Source of the DNA: Octopus bimaculoides
Taxonomy: Eukaryota
Assembly (NCBI RefSeq): GCF_001194135.2
Contig: NC_068995.1
Location: 25,626,646-25,672,020 of the forward strand
Reading direction: 5' to 3'
Length of the DNA stretch: 45,375 bases
The notes under the pieces are model-generated. The model was given only the letters and a program-made list of their open reading frames with translations, had not been told where the DNA came from and ran no database searches. Position numbers and translations under genes: made by a program. Below, piece by piece: positions 1-11,285 of this stretch. The stretch's first letter is position 1; every line of letters begins with the position of its first letter.

Positions 1-415
1 ATGTTGTTATTGTTTTTTTTTTAAATAAAGGTATTTTATTTCTGATAAAAAGTCTAAATGATGTCGCCCAGGTACAGTGGCTTCATTCCATTCTTTTCAT
101 TTTTCATTTTATAATTTATCCTTTTCTTTCATTTTTCTCAACCCCACCCCCACCCCACCATCCACCGCTTATGTGTTTGTCTGTGTATTGTCCCTCTTTG
201 TAGGCCATTTGTAAGTAATTTAAGAATAAAAAACATCAAAATTTATTTTACACACACCGGAATGCTTGGAATCTTCATTCTTATTTTTTTTCTTTTATAC
301 TCATTTACGACTCTTTCGGCTTTTCGATATTTATTACCAAGATCACACAGTTGTTGTGGGAAAGACTCTTTTAAGGAATCTTAAACTTTAAAAAAAAACC
401 TAAACTTTAAGAATA

Positions 416-497
416 TTATCTCTGATGAAGGAAACGTGGCCATCAAGGTAAAAAGAAAAAGGTTTCTTTACGCATTACCTGAAATGATCGTAAGATA
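416..497 (+). ncRNA. Minimal type I hammerhead ribozyme motif (PLE/retrozyme type)
   Basis: TATCT(stem I)-CTGATGA(422-428)-AGG...CCT(stem II)-GAAA(481-484)-TGATCG(near-palindromic stem III)-TA-AGATA(stem I complement). All core nucleotides are present. Confidence 0.75.
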
Positions 498-679
498 CCT
501 CACTTCATTATATTTTTATTTCATTAGTGAACTGTTTATTTTTATTTCATTCGAGGGCAGTTTTAAATCGCCTTACTTTATTTACTTTTACTTCATTCGA
601 AGACTATTGTGAATCTTTTAAATATCTCACCTGCTCGTGATTTTAATTTAATTTATTTTGTCTAATGTAATTAGTCACT

Positions 680-1030
680 ACGAAGCGGATTTCACTGAAG
701 GCAGCAATGGAGAGTTCATGTGCAACAAGTACAGAACGTCATTCTAGACTTGTTGTCAGTCTTCTCTATCATGGTTCTGATGTTCCAGCATTCAAGCTTG
801 AAACCGTGTACATCTAGTGAGGTAGGAGAAGTAAGACCATATCGGTGGTGTTTTTGTCTGTTCTGAAGCTGCACTGGGATTCTGGGATTTTTTTTTTTTG
901 CAATGAGGTATACTCTGGCAATGAGGTGTACTCTGTTGGGGGTGTTCTCAAGCAAGGAGTTTGGCCGCAATGGAGAGCAAAGTAATCCACCTGATGTTGA
1001 AGCATTCAGTCTTCTAGTAATTTTTGGATC
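680..1030 (-). mobile_element. RTE-clade LINE fragments (RT piece followed by APE endonuclease N-terminus)
   Basis: Minus-strand translations give IPESQCSFRTDKNTTDMV (RTE RT motif LPESQCGFR..STxDM), then FKLECWNIRTM and RSVLVAHELS-IAAFSEIRF (APE N-terminus). Confidence 0.6.
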
Positions 1031-1039
1031 TCTTGGTCA

Positions 1040-1735
1040 CGAAATTCCATGACATGATCATCCAACAGCATCAAAAAGCACGATCAATTAAACAAAAATA
1101 TGATACTTCAGCAGACCACTGAAAATCCTAATAATGAAGATGGCATCCATATTCGGTACCGAATTTTGGAAACCTCTTCAACTTAAAGGCGCTTGCAAGC
1201 TCACATGTAAACATTGTAACAACTCGTTCATGAGTTAATTTATGCAGGCGATGCTGCTTTTATTGCCCACACAGCCCTGCAACAGACCACCTCTTGCATT
1301 AGAGAAGCTCTCCGACACTTTGGACCAGAAGTCAGTCTGAAGAAAACAGAAGATCTCCATCAGCCCGCACCACAGTAAGAATACCACCCACCTAATATCA
1401 CAACCTGGGAGACCGAACTAAAGACAGTCGACAAGTTCACCTACCTTGGATGCACCATCATATCAGATGCCAAAATCGGCAAGGTAGATGATAACAGACT
1501 GGTCAAGATAACTAGTGCACTCTGCAGATTGTACAAAGATACTGGAATAATAATCATCTGAATGTAGAGTAATGTGCACAGAACCGTCGATCTGAATACC
1601 CTCTTATACATGTCAGAGTTGTGCGTCATCTTTCGGTACCACCTACGGCACCTTGAATGATTCCATCATAACTGTCTTTACATTATCCTCATCAACCATT
1701 GGAGTGATTTTGTTCCTAAGCATCAAGGTCCCAGA
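1040..1735 (+). mobile_element. RTE/BovB-like LINE, decayed RT C-terminal half
   Basis: Frameshifted translation gives IRYR..NLFNLxRLQAH, YAGDAA (YADD-like), SLKKTE..HQP, VDKFTYLGCTISSDAKI and HLRHLExFH, all typical RTE RT/thumb motifs. Confidence 0.85.
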
Positions 1736-2012
1736 TAGTTACACCAACGATTCTACCCTGAGTATAATCTTTGGTGTAACCATGATGCTATGGTGATTTG
1801 ATGGACTGGGTTGAGAAACCAAAACCTGACGAACGGGAACGTGAATCTCTGAGTAACAGTTTTTGCGATGTCTTTGCAGCATTATATATATATATATATA
1901 ACAGCTGTAAGACATTATTATTTACTTCGATTCGATTCATGATTAAAATAATTTAAATGATCTGATAAGTTTGTCTTCCACTGGTTTTGTTTTCGTCTTC
2001 CTTTACTTTGTA

Positions 2013-2030
2013 GATATATATATATATATA

Positions 2031-2063
<33 letters not shown>

Positions 2064-2115
2064 GTATGTGTGTGTGTGTGTGCGTGCGTGCGTGCGTGTG
2101 TGTGTATGTATGAAT
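2013..2115. repeat. (TA)n/(TG)n/(TGCG)n compound microsatellite
   Basis: Seen directly. Confidence 0.95.
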
Positions 2116-2299
2116 GTATGTATTTACATACGTATGTAAATCGTCGTCGTTGCTGACTCTCTGTCGTACGTCGACATTGACTATTTTTGTTGTGTAATCA
2201 TATCTGTCAGGCTCGCATGTGTGCTACAAAGCCTGCTCTTGATCTGCAGTAGCGATGACATCTGCTGCAGGTGAACCTACTAGATGCAACGGAGAAGTG

Positions 2300-2720
2300 A
2301 TGCCCTCATGTGTTTCATGTGCGCTTTCGTATTCTCTGTTATTTCTCCTCATTGGCTGGATTTACGATCTTCGTGCCATTCATTACGAGATCGGTGCCAT
2401 TCATTGCGACGCAGAGCCTTCTCCTCCTACATGCCTGCGATGCCGAAGTCTTTTATCTGTCATCTCAACACATTCTTGTGCCACAAACTTTGGCCACTAC
2501 GGCCCCTCCTGTCCTGATACCTTCCAACCTAAAAACATGTCCCGCTTAGCGCAGCAGCGTTGAGGCTTCCTCACAAACTACACCAGCGTAGGACCTCTAC
2601 ATCAGGAATGTGATATTGCCATCAGATATGCAAGATGGAGCAGAGTTGGACTCGTGTCAGGGCCTTTATGTGCCTGTGATAGAGGTCTATGCATTTCGTG
2701 GCGTGGAGAAGGCAAGAGGG
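2300..2720 (-). mobile_element. RTE-like LINE 3' end fragment
   Basis: Minus strand encodes HIKALTRVQL..ILHIxWQ..IPDVEVLR and LR*AGHVFR (LRWxGHVxR motif of the RTE C-terminus). Confidence 0.6.
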
Positions 2721-3849
2721 AGCACTGCGGCACTGTAAACTTTTATCTTCGTGTTTCGAGTAATGTCATGGAAGCTCTATAGACACTTCTCGAGAGAGTC
2801 AAAGGTCTCTCCGGCACTCTGTATTCGCCTCTCATCTGAAATTTTACAAATTATTACTCCGAGATTTAGAAACTCCAAAATATATTAAGACGAAAAATAA
2901 TCACTATATACAACATAGTTTTGAATATAAACTTGAACAGCTTAAATTACACACTGAGACAGTGGCCTTTCACTTTGCTTATATCGCTTTCTATGAACTA
3001 TAAATTAGATATTGTGATTGAAAGGAGTCAATAGCATTAAACAAAAAGCAGGCTGCCAATTAACTAGAAAGACTCAACCTGAAACCAAAACCTCTCTGGA
3101 GCTTACAGGATTTTGCAGTGCGTTTGAAACAACTATAAACATTCAATACCGTTTCCATACTCCTTGTTGGGAATGTGTATAATTAATATAAGTGATGGTG
3201 AACGCTCAAATTATGCGATACGAAAAGTTGATATATATTAATTCCTAGCAATTTAATTAAGATAAGAGAATTGTGTGGGCAGATGAGGATGAAACAATTT
3301 TAAATAATGTCACACATGTTTAGACATCTATGGCAAATAGTTCAAACAAAACAATAAACTGGGCTTGGTAACGCATATATGTGCTGAAACTGAACAAATC
3401 GATGTCTGCTTTACTTTCTAGGCCAAATTCCACACTCTAGAATACTCGATCAACTAGGTACACTTGAAATTCTAGTCAGCTTTAAAGTCCATTTCTAAGT
3501 CTCTTCTGGTATCCATTCCGGCGCTATGGCATGCATTGACATTGATAACTAACTTCTGGGAATAAGTTGTTCTTTCAGCTAACCAGAATATTTCATTGAC
3601 CGTTGTTATCAGTGCGAGTAACTTGGAACGAAATCATGCAATAAAGTGTACTTTGGTACACTAAAGATCACGCTCAATATCAGTAGTTGTTGAACAATTT
3701 GCACACTATACGAAAAAAGATGGACCAATATTCGGAATAATATTTGTATTATATCCCATAGAAACATAAGTGTAGATATGGTATATGTTTTATAAATGAC
3801 TGGATTGAGTTGGATAAAGATCAGTGCTTGTTTTTTTTATCATAAGTTT

Positions 3850-4300
3850 TAAATAGGTATCCACTCCCGAAAGGATAATAACAATAATTTCTCGGTGATA
3901 AAAGTATAATTGTCATGCTTTGAAGCAAAGGTAGTTGGTTGATATTTCTTGCTCCTGGATTGCAAATGCATGCCCTTCAAAGTGGGAGGTAGTAATCCGG
4001 TAATTGGTCCATGATAGACTGCTTTGATGCATGTATGTATGTATGTATGGATGGATGGATGGATGGATGGATGGATGGATGTGTGCCCTGACAAACTGCT
4101 TTCTTGATTTTGAACTTTTGTGTGTTCTCATTATTTACTTGAATGCCGGACTCTTGCTGAATGCAAAGTCCAAGGACGGTTAGAATTTTATTGACGTTCT
4201 GACAGTTTTCATCGGGCTTGTGGTACGGACAATAAAGTTCAATATCAAGGTCCAATATTACGTCCAGAAAGGTTACTATATTTAGTAATGCTTTAATGAA
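3850..4300 (-). mobile_element. Composite of short retroelement remnants interrupted by (GGAT)n/(GTAT)n
   Basis: TFLDVILDL..LYCPYHKPD resembles a PLE thumb, FKIKKAVCQG resembles the LINE RT GVRQG motif, and EGHAFAIQEQEISTNYL resembles the R4/Dong EGxxxAxQ(D/E)Q motif. Confidence 0.4.
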
Positions 4301-4331
4301 ATACAAACTAGTCTAGTCTGCAGATGCCAAA

Positions 4332-4530
4332 CCAGCAAGGGGAAGCTGCTGACCTCCCCTGTTCGATGGTTATAAAGGACACAGTTTCGTGTGTCACATA
4401 GCTAGCTAGAGGCGATGGCCTCTTGGAGCTAATCCACGACAGCATTCGTCCTAATTTTGGGACTGCCATGTTGGCTTGGCGATAACTATTAATTTCCAGT
4501 ACCGCTGCCGTAGTCTCCTTTAGAGAGACT
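4332..4530. other. Cluster of short stable hairpins (possible structured retroelement UTR)
   Basis: AGGGGA/TCCCCT, GACACA/TGTGTC, GAGGC/GCCTC, GTCC/GGAC and AGTCTC/GAGACT stems occur within 200 bp. Confidence 0.3.
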
Positions 4531-4706
4531 TAGAAATATTAATAATTATATATATNNNNNNNNNNNNNNNNNNNNNNNNNNNNNNNNNNNNNNNNNNNNN
4601 NNNNNNNNNNNNNNNNNNNNNNNNNNNNNNNNNNNNNNNNNNNNNNNNNNNNNNNNNNNNNNNNNNNNNNNNNNNNNNNNNNNNNNNNNTATATATATAT
4701 ACATAC

Positions 4707-4740
<34 letters not shown>

Positions 4741-7078
4741 GTGTGTACACATATATATATATACATATATGTATGTATTAATGTATGAACGTACCTATGT
4801 ATGTATGTATGTGTGTGTATATATATACATATATACATACACATGCATACACACATACATACATATATGCACGCACGCATGCATACATACATACTTTTAT
4901 CTACATTCATATATATATGTGCATATTTGCAACTGGAATATTTCAGCATTAAAATTTACGATATTTTTATGTCTCGAATCATGGCTGTGTTTGGAGCAAT
5001 TGATAAAATGTTGCATATATATTTTGTAAATCAGAACAACACTGAAAATATCAAATGGGAAAAGGAAAGTGAAGTGTAAAGCTAAAGAAAAACCAAAAAC
5101 TACTGTCATTTCTCAATAATGGATCAGATCAGTCGATCTAAACGGGTGGATTTAAAACGATGTATTTAAGTTTTGAGAAACTTTGGGATTTGAAAAAAAA
5201 TATCAGTTAACTAGACAGTGGCTTTCGTACACTCAAAACTACGTGATTGGTGAAGTATTGATTTTTGAAAAGATGTGGCTTGGAATGGAAAACTACTGTC
5301 ATTTACTATTTTCAATAATTTCTTTTGGTAAACGGTTCAAAATATTTTTAATCGCTTTACATCCTTTATGTAAATATCAGTGACAAGTTCTGCGTAGCAA
5401 TTTTGAGGTATTGGAAACTTGCATCTTCTAATATTCAAAGATGCAATGCTCTCAAGCTCTGTTTAACGTAACTTGAATGATGTACAAACTATCTTCGCTT
5501 TAACATAGAGCAGCTACTAATTCTTTCAGAAGTACATTTCTGGTCAAGTGGATACTCATTTGGGTGAATGTCGTTGTTTGCTTGGTATGTTGCATACTAT
5601 AAGAAAAAAATTTGCAAATAAATTTAACTCTATCTCCACTAGTGAGGCACCCCATCAATAGACGTCCTGCTGCTGTTCTTAACAGTTTGAAATCACAATT
5701 TTAAATTATAATTTTAACTTTCCATGGGTGGGAGTTATTAGCAGACTAAAATAAATAACCTTTATGGAATTATTATACAAAAGTCTTAATCAAGTAGTGT
5801 TTCTGTTCATTTCCCTGTTTTCGTGGTTATTGATATGTTCATTGTTGTATATCCTATTTACATCCCAAGAATTACGATTTGAAAAGAAATATCTCAGGTG
5901 AGAATCTAATTTTCAGAACTGACACGCTAAAAGATTACAAGAACACAACCAAATATAAAATATTTTTTAACTGGAACTTAAAGACAGTGAAATCTCCCAC
6001 TGAATATTTATTTCATTAAATACGAAGTTTTAGCAGATGGAAGAAATGGACATCACAACATATCTCAAAAGCAGTGTGTGACGGTTGTGTTTTGACGAAA
6101 CAGTTCTGTACTTATAGCAGAGAGCCGCAATTAATAATAAGGTGACAAGCCTGAAATATGTAGGCGAAATTAATTACCTCTATAAAGGTTTTAGTAACAT
6201 AAATTATATTTAATAACTCTCTCTAGCAATCAAATTCGGTCCACTGAGAAGGAAGGTGAAAGTAAAAGGAAAGATTGTTTATTGAAAAAATAAATTATCA
6301 TTGTATGATCATTCTATAAAGTACATAAAGTTAGATATATTTATGAAAAATATGGAACAAATCAACTGAAATTTGTTTCATTAACTTGAATTTAATCATA
6401 TATGTTTCTTTATTAGTTAAATTTTCATTTACCCAAACCTTATACTGCATGTTCACATAAAATCTTTGAATTTTAATTATCGCACAAATCAATAAAATGA
6501 TAATTCTGTTATATCAGGATTTAGAAATACCACTCGGCCAATCCAAAACCTAAGCTCTCAATCAGTAAAGGACGTTAGCGAAATATATTCGGAATTCGAG
6601 GTTATCTAAAAATTGCCTCTTAGATTTATTATTGTCTCTCACTTCATCCTTAGTTTAAGAAAAGGATTTTTTTTTAAGATACTTAAACTGAATTAAATTT
6701 AATTCAAGTCTGTTTTTTTTTTGGCGAGGGGGTTCAGATATAACCTTTCATAATCCATTTTCCAGTCCCTCAAGGTCAAATATGTGTATATAAGCCGATC
6801 CTGACATATTTAAAGCAGTAAGCCAAATATTTTAAAATCACAGCTGTAGGGAGGAGAAAAACTTCCAACGTAATTATTAATTTGAATCACATAAGGCAAC
6901 TACATTCAGTCACCACTCAAGTTCAAAGCAATATAATTCAGATAAACCTTTACTGACATACTTCAAAATTAATAATACATATTATAGATCTAAGCAGTGG
7001 GCACAAAGTTTGCTTTTCGGCTACTTCAATGACAACTCAATCCATATTTCAGTTTATTATACTTCCTTGAGAAAGCAT

Positions 7079-7629
7079 GTGGAGGCGCGTCGCTTAGTGG
7101 TTAGGGTGTAGCACCATGATCATAAGATTGTGGTTTCGATTCCTGGACCGGGCGACGCGTTGTGTTCTTGAGCAAAACACTTCATTTCACGTTGCTCCAG
7201 TCCACTCAGCTGGCAAAAATGAGTAACGCTGCGATGGACTGGCGTCCCGTCCATCTGGGGAACACATACGCCATTGAAACCGGGCCCATGAGCCTGGCTA
7301 GGCTTTAAAAGGGCGTATTTGTGGAGGCGCAATGGCCCAGTGGTTAGGGCAGCGGACTCGCGGGCGGAGGATCGCAGTTTCGATTTCCTGATCGGGCGTT
7401 GTGAGTGTTTATTGAGCGAAAACACCTAAGCTCCACGAGGCTCCGGCAGGGGGTGGTGGCGACCCCTGTTGTATTCTTTCGCCCCATCTTTCTCTCACTC
7501 TTTCTTGTTTCTTGAGTAATGCTGCGATGGACTGGCGTCCCGTCCAGTTGTGGGGAACACATACGCCATAGAAACCGGGAAACCGGGCCCATAAGCCTGG
7601 CTAGGCTTTGAAAGAGCGATGTTTATCGT
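7079..7629 (+). mobile_element. Dimeric tRNA-derived SINE with 12-bp target-site duplication
   Basis: Two related units (about 7079-7317 and 7320-7629) each begin GTGGAGGCGC..(CC/TT)AGTGGTTAGGG with A/B-box-like motifs and share the tail GCTGCGATGGACTGGCGTCCCGTCC...GCCTGGCTAGGCTTT. TTGAGAAAGCAT flanks both sides (7067-7078 and 7630-7641). Confidence 0.85.
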
Positions 7630-7949
7630 TTGAGAAAGCATAGTCTTAGAATTGAGTGAAAAAGCACCAAAAAGCTTCACAACTGAAAATAATAACTATT
7701 GGAAATTAACTATATGCGTCTTCCACATAAAAAATAGTAAAGTCTTTGCTAATATAGTGAAATAAGCGGAAGGTTTGTTTAAGGATTTAATAAACATGTT
7801 GTCAATATGAAGCTTCAATGCCATTGATCTTCAAAAAGATATTTGCATTCAGTAACATGTGTACCGTCTCAGTGTTCTCGTATAATCCTTTTTAGTGAAA
7901 TCAGGGCTGTTATTTATATACAAGATTGCGTAATCTCTTTAAAAGATTA

Positions 7950-8090
7950 GCAGCTACATGGTATGCATGGAGTGTGAGCTACAAGATCACAATCATCAGC
8001 ATACTACAGTTCAGTTATATGCTCATATTTGACCTTGATGGTAGCCTTTAATCTTCTAATTTAGTAAGTTTCTCGTTCAGTTAGAAATCG
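7950..8090 (-). mobile_element. RTE LINE RT fragment (YADD motif)
   Basis: Minus strand reads KYEHITEL*YADDCDLVAHT. Confidence 0.55.
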
Positions 8091-8463
8091 TTTGTGACTT
8101 CTTCTTCTATTTCCATTCTTCTAACAACGTTAAATCAATAAAACAGTCTTGTTTCAATCACCGATTTTACACTAAAGAACTCAGTTTTCAGAACTACAGC
8201 AACAACTTGAAACACTCTGAAGAGATTCACGAAATCGGGAAACTATGTAGACTCTCCGAGACTATCCTACAGATGTTCCCTGTTTATAAAGTGAAATACT
8301 TCGATAGTACCACAAATTCAATGAACAGACCTTGATGTTGCTCCCGACATTACTCCTGAAGCACTCCACAATTGACCATAGTTATTTCAGTGAGGTTACG
8401 CTGTCTTTAACATGACAAATGCCGTAGAATAATTACTGGAGTTTTTTATCGCCTGTTTGGGAT

Positions 8464-8517
8464 AAAAGTCCTCTTCAAAATGACATGCAGAAGCATGTCA
8501 TTTTGAAGAGGACTTTT
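8464..8517. repeat. Perfect 25-bp inverted repeat with 4-nt loop
   Basis: AAAAGTCCTCTTCAAAATGACATGC-AGAA-GCATGTCATTTTGAAGAGGACTTTT. Confidence 0.9.
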
Positions 8518-9262
8518 GGAAGCGTTAGAAATAATATAAACCTAAACTGCTGAATTGTCCTGACACAAAATACTTTTATTTAGTGATTTCCGACATTTAT
8601 TTTGTTAAGTGTAGTTAAGTCATCTTTCCCATTTCCCTATGTTTTGAAGTTTGGAAATTTACTTGCGAATGACCAGTAGCCTATCTAGAAGAAATTTCTT
8701 CTCATTTACTTTACATTACTGACTTTTGAGACCCTGTAAACTTCTTAGCACCTTTATAGCTTATTTCTAAAGGTTCCTCATTTATGCCTGAAAATATAGT
8801 AAATATTTAAAAATTCATATTACATTTACGTTCGTTGAGGGAAAGCAAACAAAAGTGGGTTTGCACAATGTGTAAGTTTTGTGATTTTTTTTCTCTTTTT
8901 GCATTATGACAAACGTCTAAATTTGTTAATTGATTGTTTCATTATAAGCATGAATCTTCATATCTAGAAGTGAGGACAAATAGAAATTTCCCAAGGCATG
9001 AAAATATAGGTAATGAAACTCTTACATTTTAGATTTCAAACGGACTTCATCAGTTTATTAATTGAGGAATTGCGTTTTCGATTTTCAAATAGCCTTAAAC
9101 GAATATTTCCAAAATATCAGAAAACCTGATGTTTATAATTAAATTTCTTTAATGTTAGTAAGCAACGACAAATAGGAATATTTAGTTAATACTCAGCTCA
9201 CAGAATCTGTATGAAACTTTTGTGATAGAAATAATGCGATACATTTAATATTAAATGCATCT

Positions 9263-9480
9263 AAAGCGATGAGATGGCAGAATCGTTAGCATGCCATGCA
9301 CAACGCTTAGCGGCATTTCGTCCATTTTTACGTTCTTGTTTCAAATTCCGCCCGTCTTCGACTTTGTCTTTAATCCCTTCAGGGTCAATAAAATAAGTAC
9401 AGTCAAGCAGGGAAGTCGATGTTATCGACTAACCCCCTTCCCAAGCTTCCTGGCCTTGTGTCAAAAATTGAAATCAATAT
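9263..9480 (+). mobile_element. Octopus-type tRNA-derived SINE
   Basis: GAGATGGCAGAATCGTTAGC head, TTCAAATTCCGCC B-box-like motif and GTCGAT..ATCGAC palindrome. Related to the copies at 10565-10768 and 35948-36093. Confidence 0.75.
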
Positions 9481-10564
9481 TAAATGCATATGACCTTTAA
9501 AATAGCTGAAATATACGAAAAAGTAATTCTGAAAGTTTTACATAACATTAGGAAAATGTTTTCTTTCATTTAATTTATGACGGGATCATGTTCATAGCTT
9601 ATTTATGTCGATGTAAAAGAGTAGTATATGTAAAATAAATTTGTATTTTCCTTTCAAGTTCCGCTGTTTACCAAAATCTATCTGAGTATACAGGTATTTA
9701 TGGTGTTTGCAGTGTGTTGAAGCTTAAAGACCCATTTCTCTTCTTAGTTGAATGTATAATGTCATTACAAAACAAAATATTTTACATTGGCTGATGAATC
9801 ATCACAAAGTAATGTCTAATTATTCCCAAAACACTTATTTTTTCTATGTTTTCGAAATTTATATTTGTATTTCCGTTCATACATTTTCTCTTAGAGAATC
9901 TGGCGACGTTACTAGGTGGATTTTGGAAATTGTAGCTGAGATGATAACAGCGTAACTCAGACTAATTTGGAAGTCCCGCTTGTACTGTTTAACTGTGTTC
10001 CATCTATTTATATCACTTGTGCTATTTTCCTTCTACTCCCATTTCCACTACTTTTTTCTTTCCTAGTACAAACTTTGACGACAAAGATCAGAGGATACAA
10101 GCTTTTACTCATAAATACCAACCAATATAAATCATCGCATCATGAAAACGCTCAAAACAACGTAACAAAATGTACTACTTTAAATTTAACTAAAACCTAG
10201 CAATTTTAACGGCCTGCAGAAAATGCAAAAGGAAATTCTAAATGCTGTGAGAGAACAAACAAGTAAATAAATGGCGTGGAAAGTCTGCACTGTTCACATA
10301 ATGTCAATACCAAAACTGAAATAAACGACTTGCAGAATTCAAAAAATGCCATGCCTGAACAAAAATATCCGATTTTACTCATAAACACTATTATAGAACT
10401 TGCATATCAAATACTTGTACAACAACCAAGAAAGGTGAGCACAAGGTGAGAATATAGTATGTTTTGTAGTGACACAATCAGAATATTTTTTAACGTCACC
10501 AAATCAGACTTACCGATTATGAGACATGAATTTGATTTGATAGCATTCCCTCAAAAATATTCTT

Positions 10565-10768
10565 TTCTACTCTAGGCACAAGGCCCGAAATTTTGGAGGA
10601 GGGGCCAGTCGATTAGATCGACTCCAGTATGCAACTGGTACTTAATTTATCGACCCTGAAAGGATGAAAGGCAAAGTTGACCTCGGCGGAATCTGAACAT
10701 AAAAGAGAGGCGAAATACCGCTAAGCATTACGCCCGCCGTGCTAACGTTTCTGCCAGCGCGCGGCCTT
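10565..10768 (-). mobile_element. Octopus-type tRNA-derived SINE
   Basis: Reverse complement of the same family as 9263-9480 (CTGGCAGAAACGTTAGC head, GTCGATCTAATCGAC). Confidence 0.8.
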
Positions 10769-11025
10769 ATTCTTTCCAAAATATCGTAATAGTGTTAGTA
10801 TTTTATACGCTACCTCCATTTAGCTATCTGGTAACAGCATCTATTTGTAGTTGCGTTTTCTATATAAATATTTAGCTGTGGATTGTTGTAAAACATGAAA
10901 GTAGTTGTCAAAATACAAATCTGAACACTATAATGCGAAAATAATCTAGCTATATATATATGCTTCTGGTGCGAATGGTTTTTTATATGGCGCCGTTTTT
11001 TTTTTTTTACAATCCTGTAAATAAT

Positions 11026-11170
11026 AATGGTATTTTTATATAAGTATAAAGCTTATGGCGATCACCGTGCAATGAGTAAGGAATATAGTCTATGTCTCTT
11101 TATTAGACTATTTTCCTTAGTCATTGCACGGTGATCGCCATAAGCTTTAAGCTTACATAAAAATACCATT
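11026..11170. repeat. 145-bp foldback (67-bp arms, 11-nt loop), MITE-like
   Basis: Arms 11026-11092 and 11104-11170 are reverse complements with 5 mismatches. Confidence 0.85.
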
Positions 11171-11171
11171 A

Positions 11172-11179
11172 ATGTGTGT

Positions 11180-11237
<58 letters not shown>

Positions 11238-11285
11238 CTGTGTCTGTGTGCGTGTCTGTGTGTGTCAGTGTGTCTTTGTGTGTAG
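11172..11285. repeat. (TG)n microsatellite
   Basis: Seen directly. Confidence 0.95.

Noticed and set aside
7079-7160. tRNA genes at SINE heads (also 7320, 9263, 43377)
   Set aside because: A/B boxes are present but there is no complete cloverleaf, and each continues into SINE body sequence.
9010-9060. Minus-strand CTGATGA..GAAA..TA spacing
   Set aside because: Stems I and III do not pair; a chance match in AT-rich DNA.
10267-10448. Open frame ending at an AAG/GTGAGC donor-like site, a possible exon
   Set aside because: An in-frame stop lies just upstream, there is no convincing acceptor and the peptide is unrecognisable.
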